This document shows positions 46,401 through 61,400 of a stretch of 64,000 bases of DNA, piece by piece (the first letter of the stretch is position 1; the number at the start of each line of letters is the position of its first letter). The stretch comes from Asterias rubens (Eukaryota). A model generated the notes under the pieces. That model worked only from the letters and a program-made list of their open reading frames with translations. It made no database searches and had not been told where the DNA came from. The DNA lies in NCBI RefSeq assembly GCF_902459465.1, contig NC_047078.1, positions 10,850,001 to 10,914,000 of the forward strand. Reading direction: 5' to 3'. The position numbers and the translations under genes were made by a program.

Positions 46401-49400
46401 GTCATTGATATCCTAGAATGGACTAATCCACATACACAGAAGGGGTTTGAGTTCCTTTGTACTTTCAAAGCAAGTGGCTGACACTCAAATACTTATAAAC
46501 CTGACCAGAGCAGTTTCATAGAGCAGTGTTGGTAGAATTTGTTAATTAAAAATTAAGTTAAAAATGTAAACCTTTTTAAACACAAAATTAGAATTTAAAA
46601 TTATACACAATGTACATGGATGGTTACAAGTGGCCATCAAAGCAAATAGCTTGTATTACTTAAAGTTACGAGAACAAAGTAATATAACGTGGTCTTTAAA
46701 ACGCACAAAAACTCGAGTTGAGGCTATAGCCAGAACTGACCCAGTACCCAGGTCCCAGGTACCTGACCCATTTCTGGGTCAGGCTGACCTGGAAACTGGT
46801 TTAAAAAAAAAAGGGAAATCAAATTCGTTAGTTTGACAAACTGCTGGGTCATTTTGACACAGATTCTGGAGGTTTTGACAATCCTTTTTTTTTTTACGTT
46901 GACCTTACTAGAGTTTTCTAGGCATATTTCCATAAAGCTGTTAAGCAAAAAAATACTCTACTCTAAAAAGCGTATCCTTTTGCCAGTACAGGCAACAACC
47001 ACCATCACCATGGTAACTATGACGCAGTAACTATATGGTACATGTACACAATGAATGAACATGTACATGTATGTTTATGCTGATTGGTCATTTCTCGAGC
47101 TATACTCCGCCATCTAATGCGAACCACTCGAAACTCAGGTGATGTCTTAGAAGAGTTTTTGAGAAAACCTTAAGTCACTGAACCAGAGACTAAGTTACCA
47201 ATTGATGACAAGAATTGTAGAAATTCCTAATCAACATGGTGTTGAGAAAGTTGTGAACGTTCTCTCCGCGGAGCTGTGTACAGATTATGCCTGCATGAAT
47301 GCCATTAGGGTCGTGGTTCTTTTGTAACCATGATTACAAGGTTGCCCCGATGCTGTACAAAGGTTTTGACAAATGAATATTTAGCTCCTTGATACATGTA
47401 TACAAGAGATGGCTGGTGTAGCTCGTGAGAGATCCATAATCAAGATACACTTTTAATAAATGATTGTAGATAAATTAATTTTGGTTTTACCCATGTACAT
47501 TGTACACCGATGTGTTTATCCCCGATGCAAACTAATCATTCGAACTGCCACTAGCTATACCGGGCCATCTCGGTGGTCTAGTGGGTATTGCAAGAGTCTT
47601 GGGTTCGAAACCCACCTGAGTAATATGCCTCAGATTTTTGTTATCACAGAGCGCAGGAAAGTACTGAGTAAACATGCAACAGTGCTCACAAACACCCGGG
47701 CCTACATGCTTCGTGTTTTAATATGGGCAATAAGGGCACCAGGGCATTTTCTCATTGGTAAGGGTCACCCTAAGAGGAAATAGTAAATTTCTACTGTTTA
47801 CTTTTTTTTTTAGCATTTCAAGGGCATAAAGGCAATGACCAGGGGCATGGGGGCAATTGCCTTCGTTGCCTACGCGAAGAATCAGGCCTGTGATGTATAC
47901 GGGTAAAACCAAAATTAATCCCTGATGCGAATTTCTATCTACAATTATCATAGATAGCTGTGAAACAAATGATGGGGTGCATGCATGCGTTGTCTGGACT
48001 TGCGTTGATTACTCTCGTGATAATGAGCGACTGGAAGCACTGCATGTTAAATCTGGTTATTTTATATTTACCTGTAGTGCCTTGTGGTTTTGGTGTAGTT
48101 GTTGGTTCCTCTGTAGTTGTGATAGCTGTTTTATGTCATGCAATTTACAAATACAATTGGTTAGTTGTTATATGGCGTTACTCTCTTCACTAATAACACA
48201 GGGTTTGTTTAGAACAATGTTACACGACTAACCCATAATATATCATCACATTCAAAGTATCAATGTTAACAAAAGGAATCCATTGGAATTCATATGCCAG
48301 ACCCTCACTTTGCAAAGGAAAAAAAGAGTAGGCCCCTACATGTACCTAGAGAAAACAAAAGTCAACAGCCATTTTTCCTCAATTAAGAAACAAAAAATAC
48401 ATTCATGCGAGTTAAGAGAACTGCCAAACTCATGTGATGTAACATAGAGCAAGTCTGTTTCTATAGCCCTATAGGCTGATCATGGGAGGCGGCTGGGCTC
48501 GATTTCACCAAGCAACAAAACTCATCATAGGAACAAATTGTCAGTATTTGCCAATTACCATAGTGATTTGTATTGTGACATCACACATTACTTAGCAACT
48601 ACGATTGATTTGTAGTTAGGATCAATCTTAGCTCTTTGTGAAATCTCGTCCCCAGGTCTAATGTAATTATAGACTTCATTTGAGTTTTATTTTAATGTTT
48701 ATATAGATGTACGTGTAGCAGTCGTTATACATCAACGTGTCTCGTGTACAGATTGGCCATGTAGGGGAAAAAACAAGTTTCTTTATTCATTCATTTGGTT
48801 CCCTATTGAACTCTACTCCTGAATATGCCATTATGTGTAGATCAACACTAAAATGCGAAAAGACAATCAATGGCTGAATTGGTTAGCAAAGAGATATACT
48901 AAATAAAATACATGTATTGACGGGGAGCTGTTAAACTACAGTTTAGAAGCCGTTATTGTGTCCAAATGCATGGATGAAACTTCAAAGAAAACTCTTCATG
49001 TCGAAACTCTATCAAGGAATACAGGTCTTACAGGCCTGATACAGGATAGGGATATTTTTCAAGGGGGCACTGGGAGGAAAATGCCCCCATTTTCCCGATC
49101 GGCATGCCTTGGTGCCCCTTGAAATTGTCACATAAAAATGTTTGGTGCCCTTCTTGCCATTTCAAAATGAAGCAACAGCGACAGACAATGCTAAAATTAC
49201 AAAATGTATGCTGGAATATCAAGGATGCAAGCAATGTCTGCTTGCCAGGTAATTGTATTTTTATATTCAAATATTGTTTAAAGAAAATATCATCATGAAC
49301 ACTATAACTGTACAGGTCAGAACTTAAATCAAAACAGCATACAATCTCACATGTTACTTTAATTACTATGTTTAACAGCGTTAGAAGACCATGTCCCATA

Positions 49401-52400
49401 CAGATGTTCCAGAAATGCACTATGCCACATCCCACGTTGATATTTTATGTTTATTTATTTATTCATTTATTATTTATCATACAAAGTGATTTTTACATCA
49501 CTTTGTAAACTTCAATCATTCCAACATCAACTTAAAACATTGAATATTATTGTTTTTCTATGACATGGATGTACACCGATAAGACACAAATTCATGATTT
49601 CCCCCTAAAATGGCTTCCTGTTCAACCACTATCACGCAAAAAAATATATTCCCTAATTTCCTTGTTCAGTTGTGCCATGTTGTTGTTAAATCCAACAACA
49701 ATGATTTAACTGGTCTTTTGCTGTTATCCCAACCATGTCCGGTTGGCTCATACGTGTGTTTGAACTAGGTGTAAGGGATTCGCTCGTAGTCCACAATTCT
49801 ACATGTAGAAGACTACAGACCATGTGACCTTTGTTTACAATAAGTGTGACCTTGTACATTCGTTGGCTAGTCTGGCAGGCAAGTTACTGCACAGGTTGGG
49901 AACGTTTACATTTTGTGTCATAATTTTAACATAAAACCAAGAGTTATGAAAGTAAAAGCTGGACAAGTTTTGAGATGTGCCCCCCTTTCATCATATCAAA
50001 AGTTGATAATAATTAGACTGTGCAATGTCCATAAAATATGAGGTTTTATGTTTTCTTCCCAATAGGCTGTGTACAAATGGTGCCTGCATGAAGTCTAGGC
50101 TATGTGGCTCTTTTGTGTCACAGGTCATACATCATCTATAATGGCGCTAGATTACAAAAACATAGTGCTTCATGCCTACATGTACGCCTTCACATTGTAC
50201 ACAGGCCTAGCCTTCATTGTGTACATGTACATTGAGCTCTGGCATTATAATATTACTGTATAGTCTACTCTACATACATGAGCAATTGGCATCATGCGAG
50301 ACACTCACACTGTGAGTGCAGTGGCATCGACTCGCAACGCGTGATACAGGTACTAGAAAACCCTTTAGAAAGGCCCAATCAAACGTGACCTGACCTTTAT
50401 AGCGCAAAGAATTTCATCATCGCGAGGGGAAAAATGGGGAATTCCCCTTACATCATCAGGCAGACTGTGTACACAGAAACTTGGGCGTTGTCAATGCCAT
50501 ATAAAATGCAAGCTCAGAGTACATATGTACATTGTACAAGCACACGTAGACATAAACAGGTACAATGTGCAATGCACAAATTTGCAGCCCCTACTGCATA
50601 GGTTTTTAAACCCGCACAAATACTGCTTGCAAAAGAATTGAACATTCAGGAAATGTATAAAGGTATACGTTTCCTCCCTGAAAGAAAAACAATTAAATGT
50701 AAAAACTATTAACCATGTGATTTAAAAAGGGAGCATAACTGTAATTCGTCAGTCCCTAACTTTTTGAGATGGGACTTGAGAGATATCGCGATAGATCTTA
50801 CTATATTTCATCATGCAGGAATATAAATAAAGGATCGGTCTCATTTTCTACTGTAATGTACAAGTTAAACAGGTTTGCTCATCAGAAAAAGAAAGAAAAA
50901 GTATATTGGTGTCAATAGCTGCTTGTTATATAACAACTTTCATAACTGTCTACTGTTTTAGTGTATTGTTTCACTTTCAAATCATACATCATGTAAACAC
51001 TTTTGATTGAGCTATACATTTCCAATGATTCAGAAATGTCATTATACTATGAAACCTAAATTTCCCGGGAGAGTTATATTTGGAACAATTACTTTCTTGT
51101 AAAAAATAAATAAGAAAATAAAAACCGTGCTGCGATCAAAAGCCTCTAGGAGACAAAGGAGATGTTGTATACAGGGTAATGGGTTATTTAGGCTACTAAC
51201 TTCTTGGGATGGGGTTTTATTTTCAACCACTCAAACAAATACATGTTTGTGTAGCTTGAGAGGAAAAGAAGCAAGACTATTCCCAGGTTTTTTTTTTTAG
51301 ACAAAAAATCATTTCTAAGCCATCTGATGGGTTGGTTTGATTAGAATGAGATACATAGCCTAATTCAGGGTGAGACTCATTTGGTTTTAGATTTCACAGA
51401 AATTCCAAAGAACAATGTCCTCAGCACTATATAAAATAGAAATTTCCCGGAAGAGTCGCATGATTTTTGGAACAATTACTTCCTTGTGAAAAAAAAAGTA
51501 AGAACATAAAATTTTGGGTGTAGCTGTTGCACTCAATAGCCTCTACGAGACATAGGAAATGTCTTATAAAGGATAATGGGGTTATTTAGGCCACTACATG
51601 TAACTTCTTGGGATGGGGTTTTAATTTCAACCACTCATAAACATAGCTTGAGAGGAAAAGAAGCAAGACTATTCCATTTTTGTTTTCATCAGAAAGCATT
51701 TCTAAGCCATCTGATGGGTAGGTTTGGTGAGAATGATATTCATGTACATGTAGCTTCATTCAGGGCTTTGAGTCATTGCCAACAACAAAGTTTGAAACTA
51801 GGATCCAAATTTTTGAAGAAATGTAGAAAAATTGCATTTCTACTTTTTGGTAACCCTTGGGTTCTAAGATTTCACAGAGATTTTTTAGGAACAGTGTCCT
51901 CAGCACTAGAGATTAATATCAAATAGCAGGATTTCTTTATATAAAAATGTGGACAATAGAGTGGCTGTTTTTCTTCACCAGGCTGACTTGAGAAGTCTGA
52001 ATTCAGAAACAAGTCTTACATTTCGTACCGCTGTTTACTACAGTTTCCCACAGCTACACCCATATGAAAATTAACTTGGGCAGGGACCACTCAATATAAG
52101 TACGACATACCAGCACTTTTTTTAAGGATCATGGATGATGTACAGTAGGTTTAAATTACTGTCTGCTTTGTTGTTCTTTTGATGTTTATTTGGCATTTTC
52201 ATTCATATTAAAAATGAAGCCTTTTTCGTTTTCTTTCTTGCCCTAAATCCCTCGGGGTGATTTCCCTCATTGTGTTGTAAAAGAGTTACCATAGCAACTC
52301 CATACCATGAGCTGGTTACCATAGTAACTAATTATCTGCATATGGAAATAAGCATTCTGAATATTACATCAAAGTGTGCCCTTGGCTAAGAGGTCCCAAT

Positions 52401-55400
52401 CGCCTCCGTTGGTATCAGGCCTGTAAGCAAAATGAGTCATATGGCTTACAGCGCATTTTAAATTTAATTAATTGATACAAGTTGAAGCTACTACTTGTAT
52501 CAAGTTTGTGACAAATATATGAGTCACATTTTTGACATAATATAATACATATTAATGAGACATCTCTCATTAATTTAAAAATATAAGTGAGATTATAACA
52601 TGTACCAAGTCATAATTGTAAGATATTTTTGAAGTCAGAACCTTGACTTTTTTCTAATTTTTGTCTCAAATATGCCAACTTCCATATAAAACTGAATGTT
52701 ATATGACACAGGACAAAAATACACCAGCTACAATGTTAACTTCCGTGTAATTAGCAATTAACTTGTTACAAAAATCACATTAACAAATCTTCTTTATTGT
52801 GAACATCAACTTCGTTCTATTTTTTAATTGAAATCAATTACTATAGATGAAGTGTTATAAGAGTAAATATTTCAATGTTTAATTAACTATCAAACAACAA
52901 CATGCCATGCAAATTTACTTTGTTGCATCTACACAAAAGGTCTTTTTGTTGACAAAACAGTGTGCAACAGCTAATTTCTTTTCAATTTGATAAAGTGTGA
53001 ACTGAATGGTAACACTTCTGAACTGCTTCTTCATTGTACAACCAAACTTAACCCAACAATTACAATATTTTAGCAATTAGCAAATGAACAACATCTTTCC
53101 ATTACTTGGGGAATGCCCTTTATTCCTTTTAACGCTTATTTACTACTTTTTATTTCCACTAAACTAAAGCTACACTAAATGAAAAGTGGTAAACCAAATT
53201 TAAAACGGCCAATCTTGTGCCATTATGAGAGCAACAAAAATTTCTTTTAAATTTTGTGACAAAATGTTCTTTTTTGGTGGCAATACAAAAAGTTATGCTT
53301 TATACTATAAACCTGGTGTCAAGCATCAATGTTTGTCATTTAAACAACCATGTCATGTGCCACGAGACCAGAAATAAAAAGTATATCAACTAGCATGCAA
53401 TCAAGTGCACCAGCCTACAGTTTTTCCTTTCTGCATGTTCTGAGGATCATGTGCTTTCAATGCATGTTAATCTATCATTGTTTTTAATTGATTACCAGTA
53501 TTTCTATTTGTGTATTGAGATTATCTGTTGATGTAAAGTGCGATATATGAATTAGTATTATTAGTATTATTATAGTCTCACAGAATGATTTTAAATATGA
53601 AAGTTGTTTAGCATAAGTGATTTTAAATGATTTAAAAGGAAATCTTAAATGAAGTGAGAATCAAAACACCAATTCTGCAGTTTATATTTCCTGCATTTTT
53701 GTTTCCTATTAAATGTGTTTTTGAACACAGTAATGGCAAACAAAACCCAGATATTTAAAGTAAACTATGTAGAAACAACTAACTTGTTGTCAAAAGTTTA
53801 AATCTTTGACCTCACTTTTTTGTTTTTCTTATTTGTGATTTTTTTTTTTTTAAATCAACCTTATCAATCATTTCACAGTAAACTATTGAACAGATTTTTG
53901 AAGAAAAGAAACAGGAAAAATGAGAATAACAATAATTTTTTTAAATTTTACTAATGGAACAATGAGACTTGGTTACACAAAGAAAGTATTTGTTTCATTC
54001 CTTCCCAAAACTTAAATTTGTTTGTTTTTCCAGTGCTATGTTTGCTACATATGGATATTGTTATCTCAGCTAAACATATATATGCAGGAACTTTTAAAAG
54101 TAAGGTCATTAAAAGTAAGGTCATTTTCTATGACGAAAAGGCATGTTGTTCTTTGTTTTGTTTTTGTCAAGAGTGGGGTCTCTACTCGACAAGCTGTTGC
54201 TTCTTGGAGACCTCCATCCTCACACAAACTCTTAATGTCCTTATGTTTTCCTAATTATTGTACTTTAATGTCAATATCACTTTTCTTTGTGTGTAGGGGA
54301 AAATGACTGAATGAATGAATATCATAATATTAGATAAGATTAAAATGGAAAACTGTATGTAGCGCCATGAAGGTAGCCATTTCTACCCCCATTGTAACTA
54401 TATAAGGCTAACAAGCATTCACATACATGTACCTATAATAGGCACATTGTAAGAGCATTGGTAATGGCATAGATTTCTCTATGGTAATGGTAACCATGGT
54501 TCAAGTAAACAACCACCATGGCCGTGTTGTTAAGGAGCCCTAGTTTCACAATGAAGTCTGGTCCACTATCAACGAAGGCTCAGACTTTGGGGTCATGTAT
54601 TTCTGATAAGTGAAGCGTTGTGTACCTTACATACTGGTGTTGACAACAGTATAGAGAACTAGCAGTTTTATATTTGTATACTTTTGACGAGAGAATATTG
54701 ACTCCCATCCTCTAGTTAAGAAGTATTTATACATGTACCATTTAGAGGGTTTACGGAGAGAACATTCATTTTTGAACATTCATGTTTAAACATGATTTGT
54801 AAGGGCTGAATTGAGCTACACACAGAACATTTGTACAGTATTTAAATGTTGTTTTTCTATATTATGTCTTTTTCAGATTCACTTACAGTAACTAACTACC
54901 AGGCATGATGAATATTCCTCAGAAAAAAAAGTAGAAATTTTTAACCGAGTTCAAGGGCAGAACTATCGGACACATGGTGCAGGCTTTAATAGATTTTTAA
55001 GGCCATAGTCACAATAATTATCTGATTTCATTTTTTTCCAAACGGGGAAAAACGGAAATCACATTTGAAAGTATATCATGCCTGCTACACTGCAATTATA
55101 TAGGGTCAGTGTAGTGAGGCAAGCAATCTATTGTACATTACACTGGGTAACAATCATAACTGAGGTGTGGAATGGAATGGATTATGAATGTATGACTGAT
55201 AAAATGTATGCTGTCTACATTGTACATGTATAGGCCTGTGTATCAAACAGTTTCCTCCCTTATTGCAGGCAGCACAAGGTCGTTTAAATAAAGTTATTTG
55301 TGTACAGTGTACTTATTGCGCCAATGCAAGCATCAATTCATGTGTCTCATATCAATTTTATTTTCATAGTTCTTTATAGGTTTTTTGTTCACTGACCTCT

Positions 55401-58400
55401 GTAAAAATACTTGTATTTTGCATTATGGACAAAATAAATGTCAAGTTGGTACAAGTATTGAAAATGTTGACCTGGACATTAACATTCACCCACTGTAGCT
55501 GTGCACAAAAATGTGGTGAAACAAAACGACAAAGATGTCTAAAAATGAGAACAACACTGCTGTATCTAGGCTCTACTGATATAACCATACAAGTCCACTG
55601 ATCACATCTCATTATTTATGTGTTAACAAAGTGTTATGTATACTGTCATACCATAGAGTAAGTCCTTACTCTATGGTCATACATGTACATCATGTGACCT
55701 CATTATGTACATGTGCTGCACTAGTACATGGAAATTGAACCCTGTAGTCTACTGCATACTTAGGTACGGTAATGTACATGTATGTGCACATAGGCCTACT
55801 ACATGTACAGTGTACATGTCATGTGCATTTTGTAAATGCATGAAGCCACATGGATTTATGTTCATTTAGCAGACATGACTCACTGTCACGGGTAATTCAA
55901 CCAAAATGAGCATACAAGTACATGTATACTCATGTTATTCATGGTGATATGATGATGTTGTTGCTGCAGAAAATGTGTGGTTGTCTGACATGTTCTGACA
56001 CCACTAATCCTGCGGTAACTTAGACTTCTCAACGGAAATAGGTGCGCATATAAATTTACATCCCAACATAATCCGAAAATCGATTTATACACAAATCCTT
56101 TCTCGGGTTTCTGAGGGTTTTTATGAGTACTCAGTGAGCACACACTGTCTTGAGACTTGTGTATCTTGTGTATAAATAACTAAACAAAATACATGTGACA
56201 AAACATGATCTGAGACCCTACTTTGATTGAAGTTGACATTATTTATTTGCAGGAAGTGCCTACTTTTGGCAAGTTACACCAAATTATGGGTCATGTCTTC
56301 CCCCACCATCCTTTGAGTTAAGCCCAGTTCATACTCCTTGCAAATGCCAATGCGAGACGAATGTTGACGTCCGAGGGCTGTTTTCGCAGCAAATGCTTCG
56401 CAGGAGTCTGATGTGAATTATTCGTTTTGAAACTGTGTATTGCATTCACATTCTCAGGAAGTGTGAACCAGGCTTGAGTGTTTCTTCCTTTCCACACAGT
56501 CCTTTTAGATGTACATTAACTTGAATGCTATCAAGGCAAAGCACTGCATTGCAATCATCTCTATTCGGAAGGAAGTTCGCTCAGCTGATGATGTGCCTAA
56601 TTTAACAAGAAGAAAAAATATGTTAAGTGATCAACAATTAATGCATTTGCAATAAGAAACCTCTACTTGTCCCCAGTGTATCAATAGTTTAGAGAAGACA
56701 TAGGTACATGTATATGGTTTTTTGTTGTTGATTGAAATACATGTACATGTTAATGTAATATTAGGCATTGGACACTATTGGTAATTACTCAAAATTTGCA
56801 TAAAACCTTACTAAGTAATGAGTAATGGGGAGTCGTTGATAGCATAAAACATTGTGAGAAACAGCTCCCTCTGAAGTAACGTAGTTTTTCGAGAAAGAAG
56901 TAATTTACCATGAATTTGATTTCGAGACCTCAGATTTAGAACTTGAGGTCTCGGAATCAAGCAACTTCGTGTGACAAGGGTGTTTTTTTTTCCATTATTA
57001 TCTCGCAACTTCGACGACCAACTGAGCTCAAATTTTCACAGGTTTGTTATTTTATAATGCATATGTTGAGATACACCAGGTGATAAGACTGGTCTTTGAC
57101 ATTTACCAATAGTGTCCAGTGTCTTCCAAAAACTGACACATTTTGTGTCATCTTCAGACTAGTTTGTTTTCAAGGAAACTCATTGACTGCATTTAGAGTC
57201 AACATAACAAAAAAATCATACATTTAACATTTACGTGTATACATGGTCTAGGCTAAAAGAGAGATATTCATGCAATGACAAGACACAGGTTCTGTGTAAG
57301 CAATGGACAACATAAAGGCAAGCAGATAGAAATGTTATTGTTTTTTTGTTTTGTTTTTAAAATGAGGCTTCAAAAAATGCACATTGAATGCATACACCAC
57401 GTAATGCTCAGAAATATGCCTGTTTGAAACAATTACATGTAAGTCAGGCTTAAGAAAACCTGATGTGTTTTCTGAGTCTACATCATTAGCTAAAGAGCTT
57501 TTAATTTATTCTATGGTGTACCTTTCTACTACAGCTAAGCAAGCTTGGATGTTATGTTACATTCCTTTCTACTCCAGCTAAGCAAGCTTGCATGTTATGT
57601 AACATTATGCATGGTAAAAGACTTTTGTTTGAGTTTGCACAAAGGAAAGCAACAACTCACTAAGTGTGCAAAATGTTCAAAGCACCAGATTCATATTAAG
57701 TGTGGTATAATCAATTGTCTTGTATCCCAACATGTGTGGACCCAAGAACAAAATAGGCCAATTTAATATTAAAGTGACCCGCTCTGCAAAAAAAAGGGTT
57801 TTAATGGCCGATAAGCTAATTACATTTAAAGAGGCATTCAATATTGAGATCCTGAAAATATTTTCAAAACATGATTTTTGTCTTTCTATTGCATAAATAC
57901 TTCCGTATTTTATTCACAGAAATATAATTTTTATGTTTTTTAGTTGAAAAATCAAAGGTTCTTAGTATCAATTGAGGAAACTTCCCTTAAATTTAAGGAG
58001 CTGTATCTCTGAAGGCACTTGCATTAAATTGTAAAATATGAATATGCAAATATCAGTAAATCTCCAGAACGCAAAATGCCACAGGGTTCAAACCTACACC
58101 AAAATCTAGCTTATTTAAGTTATAATAACACCAATTCAGCTGTGTATGTAACTCAATTTTACTTATTTTGTCCCTTATACCCATTTTTGTAGAGCCAGTC
58201 ACATTTATAGGAATTTGAAACACGTCCACAGAGTGACCTTCACCCAAATGGGAACCTCCTATTGTCCCTCTCTTGTTTTAACTTTTAAGAAACAGCTCCC
58301 ACACTTTCCAACTGATGACCTACAGCCAACCGGGAACCTACATGTTTGTCTTCTTTTACTACAATGTATGGTTTGTAGGTCCCTGGTTTAAATGTGTATA

Positions 58401-61400
58401 CAGTGTAAACACTGGTAAACATGACTACATGTTACCTTGGCAACATGAAAACAATGTGTAAGCTCTAAGCATGTGCACACTGTACCTGGGTGATCTAAAA
58501 ATTGAGATCTACAATGTAAATGCAAGCAGATTGAGTACAGACAGTTTACATTGTTTAAGACTTACAATGTATAAAAGGTACCTATAATCACCAACAAAAA
58601 GCAGATTTAATCCAAAGGGAGGTGGAATGATAACATTCATGTTCACATGCAGTCCACAATTGCAAGAAAAAATACACCAACAAATAAAGAAAAAGATTAA
58701 AGTGTGGGTTTGAGTCCCGGTCGTTTTCATGAGTAAGTTAGTCATAATTGCTTTGTCGTTCAGTAAATGATGTACTTTCAAAGTCCAGTATATACAAGGA
58801 TTGGTAGCGCACGTAAAAGAACCCAGAACACTTATCATGGAAGAGTAAGGATTAACCCCTGCGTTGCTGGTTGTAGCAAGTACACCTGTTTACAAATTTC
58901 CTCTGGCTTGTGAGCTACACGTACAGTGATCAAAACCCCTGATTTCACTACCAGATCATACATTGTAACACATTACATTGGAGAGTATGCACTCTAATTG
59001 GTGGAAGACTGTTCATGTCAGCTTGTGGAGGTGTATTAAAATGCGATATAAAGATCAATGCGTACATAAAGGGTACATGTACATTACATTAATCGGCGAA
59101 TGTTGCTGATCAATGTTTTGTGAATTGTAACACATACATCAGTAGAACCCCTATTGCATGAATACGCAGATTTCAATTAAAATTAATTTCATCCATTGCC
59201 AAAAAGAGAATTTGTGAAAACATTTTACGTGTAACAATGCCTGATCAATATTAAGTGCAATCAAGCTATACAAAAAGAAGCACATACAATGAAACTGGGA
59301 GTGCAATGTAAAATGCGATGGCACAGCTGACATACATAACTACCACATGATCCTATGCTTAAAGCTGATATTGAGATTTAAGCTCTCACAGAATTATATG
59401 CGAAAAGCAGAACTACAAAAGTTTAGGCCCAAATGACAGAAAGAAAAGCAAAGCAATTCACATATTTTATGGCAGCACATGTACATCTACAATGTACATG
59501 TGTATGGCAGAAGCAGTTGCAAGGTGTTTTTCACAAGTAGGATTGCTTTAAAAACGACAATTGAGCGTGTGAACATAGCGAATTATAGTACAATGTAAAC
59601 CAAAGGGTTCTGTTACCAACCTGACCATGCCGATGAACAGTAGTCATCCTGAAGTTCTCCATCTATGTAACTTCCAAACTTAATAAATTCTCTGGGAAAA
59701 TACTTTCTAACTCAAATGTACAAAGTGACCCTTTATCGTATCGTATGTTTGCACATCAGTGCAGTGTCCCATACAATGTACATTATAAATGTGTACTCAT
59801 ATGTATGCACATCGTACACGTTACATCATGTAGGCCTACTTACTGTAATGCATTTTAAACATACTGTATTTTGTCATTAACTCTTCCCTTCACTGATTCC
59901 CATTGTTTGACACTACCATGGCCACATATTCATTACACTGTTTTAAAATCCCCTTTTTTAAACATGTTAAAAGAACGAGAAGGCATACACGCGAGACGAT
60001 TCGTACAAACAGTATTACGACTTAGTTTGTAGTATTCAAAGTACATTGAAGTGTGAGGCCTAATTTTGTTTACAGTGCATTTGTAATTTTGTATACAGTA
60101 CATTTGTATTTTAGCAAAAATATCAATCAAACAAGACGGGGCTCCAAATTCACTTTGGACCACAGACTTGAGGCCAGTAATTTAGCGCCTAATGCCAGTA
60201 AACTCACTACTGGACAATTCCACTGTGATTGTTTCAACAAACCTGAAACAATATTGCCAATAACAAATGGATAAAATACCTACATTGTAACAAGTAAATT
60301 ATATTCAGTCGTTTCTTACAAATTTGATGACAATCACTTTACAAGGAGAAAACAAACACATTGTCTACAGCTAGAAGCCATCACATTCACTTCTTAATCT
60401 GAATCAACGATTGATAAACCTTAAAATATTTACTAACATACACGCTCCATGATGTCTACAAACAGGACTGCAGAAGTTAAAGGCGCACTTTATTTTGAGA
60501 ACTCATTTTACAATTTAGACAGCAGGTTGCTTTAACTTAGACGATGGTAACCAACAACATGGCAACTGTGAACAAAAGTCATTTGTAATCACCTCAGGTA
60601 CATGCATCAACCGCACTTATTACAATAAACCTTCTACAGTTGGCCTTTCACATAAGCTGATGGCAGGCGCTATAAGCCTAACAGAAGGCTTGATGTCCCA
60701 AGCGGGATCAGATCATCCTATGATCATCCTTGCCCGATCAAGTACATGTTAACACAGTGATGAATCTCAGAGTAGGGCAATATTGTACAATATGGAGTAA
60801 CAAAGAATAATTATCATAACCTCTGACATAGAATGCACAAACGTTCACAATCGCAATCAAAATCACATCATTCATGTATGTCGATACAACGTGATTTTTT
60901 TTTTTAATTATGCTGAAAGAAAACCCAAAATGAACAGTTCATCTCTAGTTTGTTGGAAAATGCACAATTTATGCACTAAAAGGGAAATTCCATGTAAGCC
61001 ACGAAAATGCAAACCCTTGTTCGTGTTGTTTGGTTACCTAAAAGTTTCTGTCAGAGATTCATTCTGATTTTTAGCATCTTAAAAGCGTGTCATTTTTAGA
61101 GTTTAGGCCTGTGGACACAGAAAAGTTTTGTACATTTTAAAAGATTTAAAGTCTTACCTGTTCCACAAAGTTCCCCTTTATAACCACCAGGACACTCACA
61201 CATCGGCATGCTTGGGTCATTGGGATCAATGGTGCATGTTCCACCATTCATACACGTTACAACCTTACAAGGATCTGTTTGTGAAGATTATGAACAATCA
61301 AGTACGCTGTAACCAATGTAACAACGTACATGTAACCATCACTGTCTATCTTCTTATACATGAGCGTACCTACAGTGCTCTACGGCATAATCGTCAACCT

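Noticed and set aside
19726-57008. Recurring ORFs such as SKSNSWKITSFSK and RPQILNLRSRNQIRGKLLLSRK (19726, 19754, 20649, 20708, 23028, 37975, 41509, 56811)
   Set aside because: All lie in family A MITE copies. Frames and stops are not conserved between copies and no domain is evident.
59621-59662. Possible 42-nt phase 1-1 exon (DGELQDDYCSSAWSG) of the Ig-EGF gene
   Set aside because: Poor polypyrimidine tract and weak donor (gttggt); not needed for frame.
33843-61040. AG/GT zero-length-exon (recursive splice) motifs on the minus strand at about 61036, 48347, 40447 and 33843
   Set aside because: The number is compatible with chance in AT-rich DNA; needs sawtooth nascent-RNA coverage to support.
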